Shown here: one piece after another, positions 1 through 6,996 of the stretch
How positions within the stretch are numbered: the first letter of the stretch is position 1
How the letters are laid out: every line of letters begins with the position of its first letter
Assembly (NCBI GenBank): GCA_016839785.1
Contig: JAEOTQ010000064.1
Span: forward strand, 1-15,086
DNA: 15,086 bases
Reading direction: 5' to 3'
Source of the DNA: Candidatus Hodarchaeota archaeon
Lineage (GTDB): Archaea > Asgardarchaeota > Heimdallarchaeia > Hodarchaeales > Hodarchaeaceae
Notes under the pieces: model-generated
What the model saw: only the letters and a program-made list of their open reading frames with translations
Database searches by the model: none
What the model was told of the DNA's origin: nothing
Made by a program: the position numbers and the translations under genes

Positions 1-1
1 C

Positions 2-1216
2 ACCAATACTTGGGAGAATAAGACTAATGAGCAAATGCGAAATAACGGACGATCAATGGGCAGAATGGCTTACGATTCAGAGTCAGATATAATCATTTTG
101 TTTGGTGGTAGTGACTGCAGATACATGGCTAATTCAACTAAACCTGGTGAAACATGGAGCTACGATTATAATACAAATACTTGGACGAACTTAACTACAG
201 CTGATGGGCCTTCAGCTCGAGCAGAGCATTCTATGACCTATGATGAGGTCAACGATCGAATCATAATTTATGGAGGTATGAATCCAGAGATCTATTATGA
301 AAATCTGCCCTTCTATCAAGATACTTGGAGTTATGATTACAACACAAATACTTGGACTAATATGTCTCCTCCAGTAAATCCTGGACCATTAATACAACAT
401 GGATACGCTTACGATTCCGAATCTGATAAAATTATTATTTTTGGAGGTAGATCCAAGGCACGTGATGAAAGTAGTGGGGATAGAGGTCCTTATAATAAAA
501 ATGAGACCTGGGTTTACAGTTATTCGGACAATAACTGGACCAAAATGGATCCAATTAATCATCCTAGTTTACGAGCAGTATGCAGTATGACATATATTTC
601 TGATATAGATAAAGTTTGTATGTTTGGAGGATTATATCCAGAACCGTTGACTATGTTTTCAGATACTTGGACTTACGATTATAATACCAATACTTGGACT
701 GATATGAATTCTCCCTCCCCCCCATCTGGAAGGTACTATCCTAATTTTGCATATGATTCCCAGTCCAAAGTTGTTATCCTATTTGGTGGTATGTCTGAAG
801 GACGTAAGAATGATACTTGGGTATACAAGTATCAGCCAAACGTACCTAGTGAACCTAGAGATCTAAAAGCAATCCTAAAGAATGGGCATGTAAATCTGAC
901 ATGGATTCAACCCAGAACAGATGCAGGATCTCCCATCACAAGTTATATTGTCTATCAGGGTACTAATCAGGATTCCCTTGAAATTCAAGCTACCGTTCAG
1001 GGGACAGATACCCTAGAATTTGTTGATACAGATGTTAGTAAAGGAACAACATATTTCTATGCTGTTCGAGCAAAAAATGCTGTGGGTGAAAGCAAGAATT
1101 CAAATGTCGTTGAATTAAACTTTCCAAATGGAGCACCAGGTTTTTCCCTTTTAATTCTGAGCTTCACGTTAATTATCTATACCGGGATTCGTAAAAGAAG
1201 ATCAAATGGAGGATAA
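2..1216 (+). CDS. Kelch-repeat beta-propeller + fibronectin type III surface protein with PGF-CTERM-like anchor; 5'-truncated by the window edge
   Basis: Repeats of YD-x-SD-xx-I-x-FGG ... (D/E)TW-x-YDYNTNTW. FN3 motif PSEPRDL..VNLTW..P..DAGSPITSYIVY..YFYAVRAKNAVGES. C-terminal APGF + hydrophobic helix + RKRR. The frame is open from base 2 (TNTWENKTNEQM), which matches TNTWENLTTDDM in the paralog, so the ATG at 35 is internal. Confidence 0.9.
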   Translation, partial: TNTWENKTNEQMRNNGRSMGRMAYDSESDIIILFGGSDCRYMANSTKPGETWSYDYNTNTWTNLTTADGPSARAEHSMTYDEVNDRIIIYGGMNPEIYYENLPFYQDTWSYDYNTNTWTNMSPPVNPGPLIQHGYAYDSESDKIIIFGGRSKARDESSGDRGPYNKNETWVYSYSDNNWTKMDPINHPSLRAVCSMTYISDIDKVCMFGGLYPEPLTMFSDTWTYDYNTNTWTDMNSPSPPSGRYYPNFAYDSQSKVVILFGGMSEGRKNDTWVYKYQPNVPSEPRDLKAILKNGHVNLTWIQPRTDAGSPITSYIVYQGTNQDSLEIQATVQGTDTLEFVDTDVSKGTTYFYAVRAKNAVGESKNSNVVELNFPNGAPGFSLLILSFTLIIYTGIRKRRSNGG

Positions 1217-2780
1217 AGTTGGTTTTACAGAAACTGCTGAGATTGAAAATCAGATGAAACATTTGGATAATATACCAAGAAAAGTGACTTTTCAGTGTAT
1301 ATTATTTCTTACTCTTCTTTTTATAATAAACAATAACCAGTTAAGAAATTATCAGTATCAAATTCCAAGTTTTTCCAAATTCTCAATCCAAGATAATTCT
1401 GACTGGATAGAGAGGACTCCCACTATTGCTCCTCCAGCACGTTATCAACACGCTTATCAATCAGCATACGATACCCAATCAGATCGGCTTATTCTCTTTA
1501 GTGGAGACATTGGTGACTACTCTACGATATATAATGATACATGGGCTTATGATTACAATACTAATACATGGGAAAACCTAACTACGGATGATATGAAAAA
1601 TTGTGGTAAGATCATGGCCGCTATGGCCTATGATTCTGAATCGGATCGTATCATCATGTTTGGTGGATGGTTTGTCCGAAATGGAGCTGCAGTCTACCAA
1701 GCTGCTGGTGTTGGAGAGACATGGAGTTATGATTATGAAACTAATTCTTGGAATAATCTGACTACCATAAATTGTCCACCTTTTCGGGGGGCGGCATCAA
1801 TGACTTATGACGAGGCACATGATAGAATGATTCTTTATGGGGGTTTCAATTCAGAAATGTATGATTCAGGATCCACTTCTTCTTTTTTTCAGGAAACGTG
1901 GGCCTATGATTATAATACCAACACGTGGACGAATATGAGTCCCACTACTAACCCACCACCTCTGGGTAATCATGATTCAGCGTATGACCTTGAATCGGGT
2001 AAAACCATTATTTTTGGAGGACGTTCGTGTCAAGGCTGCCCCTCTCTCAAAGAGACTTGGGCATATGACTATACAGAAAATACTTGGATCAATATGAATC
2101 CTACAAATTCACCCCCTAGAAGAATTGGTGGATCAATGACCTATTCATCCGTAAGTGATAGAACTATACTCTTTGGGGGATTTGAATACCTTACGGATAA
2201 ACAATATGCTGATACCTGGACTTACGATTATAACTCGAATACTTGGGTAGATACAAATTCACCTTTTCCTCCCTCAGCACGATTCTCCCATACTCTCGAT
2301 TATGATTCTGAATCTGATATTGTAATAGCTTATGGAGGAACCTCGGACGATGCGAATGGGAATGGCATTTTTTTAGATGAAACGTGGGCATATCACCACC
2401 AACTGAATACCCCCAGCGTTCCTCAAAATCCCCAAATTTCTTTAAACATTCGTGACGTGGTTCTTATGTGGGAGCAACCAACTACAGATGGGGGGGTACT
2501 CATAGAGGAGTATGTAATCTATCGTGGAATGGAATCAGATATTCTTGAAGTGTTGGCAAATACCGACCAGAATGATGTTTTTTCCTTTATAGATACAAGA
2601 GCGAAGGCTGGACGAACCTATTATTATTCAATATGTGCAAAAAACGGGATAGGAGAAGGGGAAATGTCGACTATTCTATCAATTACTACCCCTCCTTCAT
2701 CTCGCGATGATTCACTTCTAATTATGGGGGTAGTGCTATTAGCTCTTGTATTAATCTGGATAAAAAGCAGAGCCTCTTAG
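1206..2780 (+). CDS. Kelch-repeat (6 blades) + FN3 surface protein with N-terminal signal/TM segment and C-terminal TM anchor; true start may be ATG 1254
   Basis: Six Kelch-like units, an FN3 domain (PSVPQN..VVLMW..P..DGG..IEEYVIYRG..YYYSICAKNGIGEG), N-terminal RK + hydrophobic stretch, and C-terminal LLIMGVVLLALVLIWIKSR. Collinear with the upstream paralog. Confidence 0.9.
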   Translation: MEDKVGFTETAEIENQMKHLDNIPRKVTFQCILFLTLLFIINNNQLRNYQYQIPSFSKFSIQDNSDWIERTPTIAPPARYQHAYQSAYDTQSDRLILFSGDIGDYSTIYNDTWAYDYNTNTWENLTTDDMKNCGKIMAAMAYDSESDRIIMFGGWFVRNGAAVYQAAGVGETWSYDYETNSWNNLTTINCPPFRGAASMTYDEAHDRMILYGGFNSEMYDSGSTSSFFQETWAYDYNTNTWTNMSPTTNPPPLGNHDSAYDLESGKTIIFGGRSCQGCPSLKETWAYDYTENTWINMNPTNSPPRRIGGSMTYSSVSDRTILFGGFEYLTDKQYADTWTYDYNSNTWVDTNSPFPPSARFSHTLDYDSESDIVIAYGGTSDDANGNGIFLDETWAYHHQLNTPSVPQNPQISLNIRDVVLMWEQPTTDGGVLIEEYVIYRGMESDILEVLANTDQNDVFSFIDTRAKAGRTYYYSICAKNGIGEGEMSTILSITTPPSSRDDSLLIMGVVLLALVLIWIKSRAS

Positions 2781-2794
2781 TGTCAGGAGATTAT

Positions 2795-2816
2795 CTGAAA
2801 ATCACCACATTTTCAG
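2795..2816. repeat. Perfect 8-bp inverted repeat CTGAAAAT-caccac-ATTTTCAG (possible terminator hairpin or operator)
   Basis: Read directly from the sequence; begins 15 nt after the Kelch-2 stop codon. Function is inferred. Confidence 0.5.
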
Positions 2817-2913
2817 GTCTGCATTGATATTCCAATTCTCAAATTTACAGATAGAAAGATATTTCCATTTTTCTTAGCTCTGTTCTATTGGAACAATTTG
2901 CTTTCATTTTTCC

Positions 2914-4074
2914 GTGATCATGATGTCTAAAGTAGCACTTATACCTACAAGTCCACAATCAGTGGTTGATGATTATGGCAAGCTGCTGGATCTTCTCGAA
3001 TATCAATCATTCATAAAGAAAGATCTGAATACAGTTATCAAGATTAATTTATCATGGTCTCTCTTCTATCCAGCCTGTTCAACTCCTCCTTGGCAATTAG
3101 ATGGTGTATTACAGAAATTATCATCAGATGGGTTTCAAGCTGACACACTTCTCCCCACAGAAAATCAAACAGTTGTCACTCATCCATGGAATGGAGCGTA
3201 TAAAAATAAGTGGCTCCCGATCTTAAAAAAGTTTAATACAACATATCGACCTTTAACCAATGAAAAGTGGATCGCATACTCCCCGAAGGGAGATGTACCT
3301 GCGATGCGGGAGCTGTTTCAAGATAAAATTATCGTTCCGGAGATCTTCCGAGGAGCAAATGTTATCCACCTACCCACATTGAAGACTCATGGCCACACCA
3401 CAATGACTGGGGCAATGAAGAATGCTTTCGGAGGTTTAATTCCGAAATATCGGCATCATAGCCATAAAATGATTCATGAAGTACTCGTTGATTTGTTAAC
3501 CATTCAAAAAGAAATTCATCCTGGGTTACTTGCAGTCATGGATGGTTCGGTGGCAGGTGATGGAGCAGGACCTCGAATTATGACTCCAGTTTCCACAAAC
3601 CTTCTCCTGGCCAGTGAGGATCAAGTGGCTATCGATGCCATTTCAGCCAAACTCATGGGTTTCGATCCATTGAAAATTAAATTTATCAAAATGGCCCACG
3701 ACCAAGGATTAGGTATTGGTGATGTTGATCAACTTGATCTAATTGGAACTGACCCCGCTGATTTCAAAGCGATGAATTTTCATTTCAAAACAAAAAAGAG
3801 TTTGGTTATCCGCTGGGATCAACGAATACGTAAAACTACTTATCAATATCGGCCATTAAAACCTCTTCATTGGTTTTTATTTTATACACCGTTCTTCAGA
3901 TTATTTATCATGGCCTCTGGTGTTTATCATGACTGGATTTGGTACCCCTTAATTGGAAATCGCCGAATTAAGAAATTTAAGACCGAATCTGGTTGGGGAC
4001 AACTTTTCGAAAAGTATGAATTTGGTTCAAAGATGAAGAAATATCCCGAAATTAAGAATTGGGATCGATATTGA
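2914..4074 (+). CDS. DUF362 family protein; start may be ATG 2920 or 2923
   Basis: Motifs VIKINL, LPTLKTH..TTMTGAMKNAFG, VMDG..AGDGAGP, LLLASEDQVAIDA..AKLMGFDP..I..I..A...GLG are typical of DUF362. Confidence 0.85.
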   Translation: MIMMSKVALIPTSPQSVVDDYGKLLDLLEYQSFIKKDLNTVIKINLSWSLFYPACSTPPWQLDGVLQKLSSDGFQADTLLPTENQTVVTHPWNGAYKNKWLPILKKFNTTYRPLTNEKWIAYSPKGDVPAMRELFQDKIIVPEIFRGANVIHLPTLKTHGHTTMTGAMKNAFGGLIPKYRHHSHKMIHEVLVDLLTIQKEIHPGLLAVMDGSVAGDGAGPRIMTPVSTNLLLASEDQVAIDAISAKLMGFDPLKIKFIKMAHDQGLGIGDVDQLDLIGTDPADFKAMNFHFKTKKSLVIRWDQRIRKTTYQYRPLKPLHWFLFYTPFFRLFIMASGVYHDWIWYPLIGNRRIKKFKTESGWGQLFEKYEFGSKMKKYPEIKNWDRY

Positions 4075-4130
4075 GACCAGAGAGTCCACTTCAGATTATC
4101 TTTTTCACTTTGCAAGACATAACATTATAG

Positions 4131-4961
4131 TTGGTGAATTCACCAATGAAAAATCGTAAAGATTACATAATTAAGCTCTTCAAGAAGAACCGAACCTTCA
4201 TTAAAGGTTTCGATTATGAAACAATGCCTCCGCATGAAGATTGGGAATCTGATCAACAAAAAGGGGTGGATGAACCTCCTTCTCAGAAACCATATACAGC
4301 AGATGCCAAACTCATTAATCTCATCCCTAAAACAGAATTTTCCACTCAGGACTTCCCTGTGACTCTTTTAGATGCGATTTCAAATAGACAGAGTCGAAGA
4401 AATTATAGTGACGTGTCGTTGACTCTTAAAGAACTGTCTTTTTTGTTGTATGCAACACAGGGAGTCAAAAACGTAGGAATTGATGAACGTCATGGACAAA
4501 AAAAGGCCGTTAAACGGACGGTACCATCGGGTGGTTCTCGTCATCCCTTCGAGACATATCTAGTGGTACAAAGGGTTCACGATTTAGTTCCAGGGATTTA
4601 CCGCTACCTTGCCTTAGAGGAAAAACTCCTTTTCGTAAAACCTCTAGATAAAAATAATATTCCTGAATCTTTGTCAGAATTGACCTATAGTCAATCTTTC
4701 TGTGGTAAAAGCGCAGTATTCTTTATTTGGACTGTTATTCCATATCGAACTGAATGGCGTTACTCTCTTATTTCTCACAAGGGTATTCTGATTGAAGCAG
4801 GCCATGTGTGTCAGAATTTGTATCTAGCTTGTGAGGCTATTGATGCAGGAACATGTGCAGTCGCTGCCTATGATCAAAATGGAATTGATGAGTTCATAGA
4901 GGTTGATGGAGAAGATGAATTTGTTGTCTATGTTGCCCCTGTAGGCAAAAGAAAAAAATGA
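4131..4961 (+). CDS. SagB/ThcOx-family FMN-dependent dehydrogenase (nitroreductase fold); start may be ATG 4146
   Basis: AISNRQSRRNY, LTLKELSFLLYATQG, RTVPSGGSRHPFETYL, GIYRY, RTEWRY, EAGHVCQNLYLACEA, CAVAAYDQ, DGEDEFVVYVAPVGK. Confidence 0.92.
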   Translation: MVNSPMKNRKDYIIKLFKKNRTFIKGFDYETMPPHEDWESDQQKGVDEPPSQKPYTADAKLINLIPKTEFSTQDFPVTLLDAISNRQSRRNYSDVSLTLKELSFLLYATQGVKNVGIDERHGQKKAVKRTVPSGGSRHPFETYLVVQRVHDLVPGIYRYLALEEKLLFVKPLDKNNIPESLSELTYSQSFCGKSAVFFIWTVIPYRTEWRYSLISHKGILIEAGHVCQNLYLACEAIDAGTCAVAAYDQNGIDEFIEVDGEDEFVVYVAPVGKRKK

Positions 4962-4984
4962 GAAAAATTTAGCTTGATCTTACT

Positions 4985-5719
4985 CTATTTCTTTGGGAAC
5001 GGATCCCAAGTCATAATTAGGAGAGTATTGATCACAATTATTATCTGAGAGATTGTACATAAGATACATATGAAATTGATCACAAAGAGTTCCAGGTACA
5101 ATAAATAGAGTAGCGCACCAACGGTTAGAAACAATTGGAAAACGACAAAATAATACCAATATTCTCCATATTTTTTGGTAATCTTAAATGATTTCTCTTT
5201 TATTATTGTAAGTTCCATTTGAAGAGGCAGAAATCCGAGTAGGACTACCTGAATTAATACAGCGGTCATAATAGAAATTCCTACCAGGGCAAAAGGAATT
5301 TCAAAATCAAATAGTCTGTAGATTTCGTATTTTCTAAATAAAAGGGTTTTCGCTAGATCTATCGTCACACATCCACATCCTCCGCGAAGATAGTCCATGA
5401 ATTGATAGGTTAGTGCAATTATCGAGACACCAGATAAGGATGAAAAGAGGATGAGCCGATTTTTCTCGATTTGTTTTGGTGTGAGCTTTACTTCAGTATA
5501 CTTATCTATTGCAACGCCTCCTGAGGTTGCAACGAGCACGATTCCACTGACTAATATAATCGCATACCCTAATAATGGAATATCAATAACATCAAATGAT
5601 GGTGTGGTAGTTCCATTATTGTCAGGAGGAGTATAACCAATATCAACCAGAATGCAATTGAGAGTCGTGTAAATTATGTCATTATCTGCAATATTGCCTC
5701 TATATCCAAAACAACACTT
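4985..5719 (-). CDS. Vitamin K epoxide reductase (VKOR) family membrane domain; 3' part of an apparently frameshifted Trx-VKOR fusion
   Basis: Four TM helices, loop cysteines CGC (5369-5377), IPFALVG, and the active-site motif YLLYLELFVINFICILCT (CxxC at 5057-5068). The frame stays stop-free upstream of GTG 5539 to 5719 and encodes a Pro/Thr linker plus an extra TM helix. Confidence 0.8.
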   Translation of the reverse strand, partial: KCCFGYRGNIADNDIIYTTLNCILVDIGYTPPDNNGTTTPSFDVIDIPLLGYAIILVSGIVLVATSGGVAIDKYTEVKLTPKQIEKNRLILFSSLSGVSIIALTYQFMDYLRGGCGCVTIDLAKTLLFRKYEIYRLFDFEIPFALVGISIMTAVLIQVVLLGFLPLQMELTIIKEKSFKITKKYGEYWYYFVVFQLFLTVGALLYLLYLELFVINFICILCTISQIIIVINTLLIMTWDPFPKK

Positions 5720-6066
5720 TTATCATCATCCCAAACAAAGATTACCCACGGAAAGTTTCCATAATCGCTCACAGTAATATTATATACATCCATTTGCTCA
5801 AAAAAGAACGTAGTTTCAAGGGATGCATCAATAAACGCAATATCGATGCTATCATTCGATTGATACTCAACAAAAAAAGGGTTAACATAGGTAGTGTACT
5901 TATCTACACAATTGGGACATTGATTATACTTGATAATGATACAATCAACGGGTTCATCAGCTTGACCTTCAGCCCTGCCTATGAAATCACCCCCAAGAAA
6001 AAAAGAAATGAATAAAAGGGCACTTAGGAACATCAGAGAATTCTGAAACTTCCTCGATGAACTCAT
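5674..6066 (-). CDS. Exported thioredoxin-fold (DsbA-like) domain; 5' part of the frameshifted Trx-VKOR fusion
   Basis: Signal-peptide-like N-terminus (RK + hydrophobic + AEG|Q), beta-strand followed by CPNC (5908-5919), cis-Pro-type motif NFPWVIF. The fold appears to lack its final helix in this frame. Confidence 0.75.
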   Translation of the reverse strand: MSSSRKFQNSLMFLSALLFISFFLGGDFIGRAEGQADEPVDCIIIKYNQCPNCVDKYTTYVNPFFVEYQSNDSIDIAFIDASLETTFFFEQMDVYNITVSDYGNFPWVIFVWDDDKSVVLDIEAILQIMT

Positions 6067-6866
6067 TTCTTATTCAACTTAGCTAGCAATTTAGTAACTA
6101 TAGGTGAGAAATAATCAAATGCTTCAGATAACCCCTTATCTTCATTTACTCTTATATTCAAATCGAAAGGTATCTGACCAAGAACTTCTGAGTTGAAATC
6201 CTTTGCCATTTTTTCACCTCCGCCTTCTCCAAATAGTGAATGTTCTGTATCACAAGATGGACATTTAAACACTGACATATTCTCTATGATTCCGAGGACG
6301 GATTCTTCTCCCAACATTTTTCGTGACATAACGAGAGATTTTCCAGTATCCAGTGTACTTACTTCTTGGGGAGTTGTAACAATCACAACCCCGTCTAAAT
6401 CTGGTAACATTTGCATAATACTGATAGCTTCGTCTCCTGTCCCTGGAGGCATATCAAAAATCAATATTTCTAAAGGACCCCAATCAAAATCAGTTAAAAA
6501 TTGGTTAAGAGCTTTCATCTTGATTGGACCTCTCCATACAACGGGAGTGGATGTGGTTTCTAAAAAGAACGCCATTGAAACGACTTTTACTCCCATTGGG
6601 CCTACAACAGGCAATGGTTTTCCGTTCTCTTGAACTTCAACTCTTTTTCCCTCAATTCCAAGCATTTTTGCAATATTAGGGCCTGAGAAGTCAAGATCCG
6701 CAATTCCTACTTTTCCCGGAAATTTCTTTCCAAAAGCCAACGCTAGATTAGAGGCAACGGTAGACTTTCCTACTCCTCCTTTACCACTAAGCACAACTAT
6801 CTTTTTCTTAACATTTTTCATGGCAGCAGCGATTTCATCCTGCTGTGTTTTCAAATTTGACTGCAC
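6063..6866 (-). CDS. mrp: Mrp/ApbC/Nbp35 family P-loop ATPase (Fe-S cluster carrier)
   Basis: Deviant Walker A SGKGGVGKS, DLDFSGP, PVVWRGP, DMPPGTGDE, VIVTTPQ, GIIENMSVFKCPSC, FGEGGG, LGQIP. It has no N-terminal 4-Cys domain. Confidence 0.95.
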   Translation of the reverse strand: MQSNLKTQQDEIAAAMKNVKKKIVVLSGKGGVGKSTVASNLALAFGKKFPGKVGIADLDFSGPNIAKMLGIEGKRVEVQENGKPLPVVGPMGVKVVSMAFFLETTSTPVVWRGPIKMKALNQFLTDFDWGPLEILIFDMPPGTGDEAISIMQMLPDLDGVVIVTTPQEVSTLDTGKSLVMSRKMLGEESVLGIIENMSVFKCPSCDTEHSLFGEGGGEKMAKDFNSEVLGQIPFDLNIRVNEDKGLSEAFDYFSPIVTKLLAKLNKK

Positions 6867-6996
6867 GGTCGTTTCCTTCAGAATTTATTAAAAAATTAGT
6901 CTGTATCTTTCAATTAGCGAAGAGATAATCCAGATTATTAGTATCCCTTCAGTTAACAAATCGTAGATATTTTGTTTATCTAATATTTGACTACAA

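Noticed and set aside
100-2400. Recurring DNA motif (gatac.tgg...ta.gatta.aa.ac.aa.ac.tgg) as a CRISPR array or DGR template
   Set aside because: Copies are degenerate at third codon positions, in frame and about 150-180 nt apart, which is explained by Kelch protein repeats. No cas or reverse transcriptase gene is present.
4131-4961. Thiazole/oxazole RiPP (TOMM) cluster suggested by the SagB-like gene
   Set aside because: No YcaO, E1-like protein or Cys/Ser/Thr-rich precursor in the window; stand-alone SagB-type nitroreductases are common in archaea.
5451-6633. Plus-strand ORFs 5451-5636, 5794-6015 and 6193-6633
   Set aside because: Antisense to well-supported VKOR, Trx and Mrp coding sequence; no motifs.
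6925-6982. Small dyads ATAATC-ca-GATTAT and TAGATA-N7-TATCTA upstream of mrp
   Set aside because: Six-bp AT-rich arms are expected by chance at this base composition.
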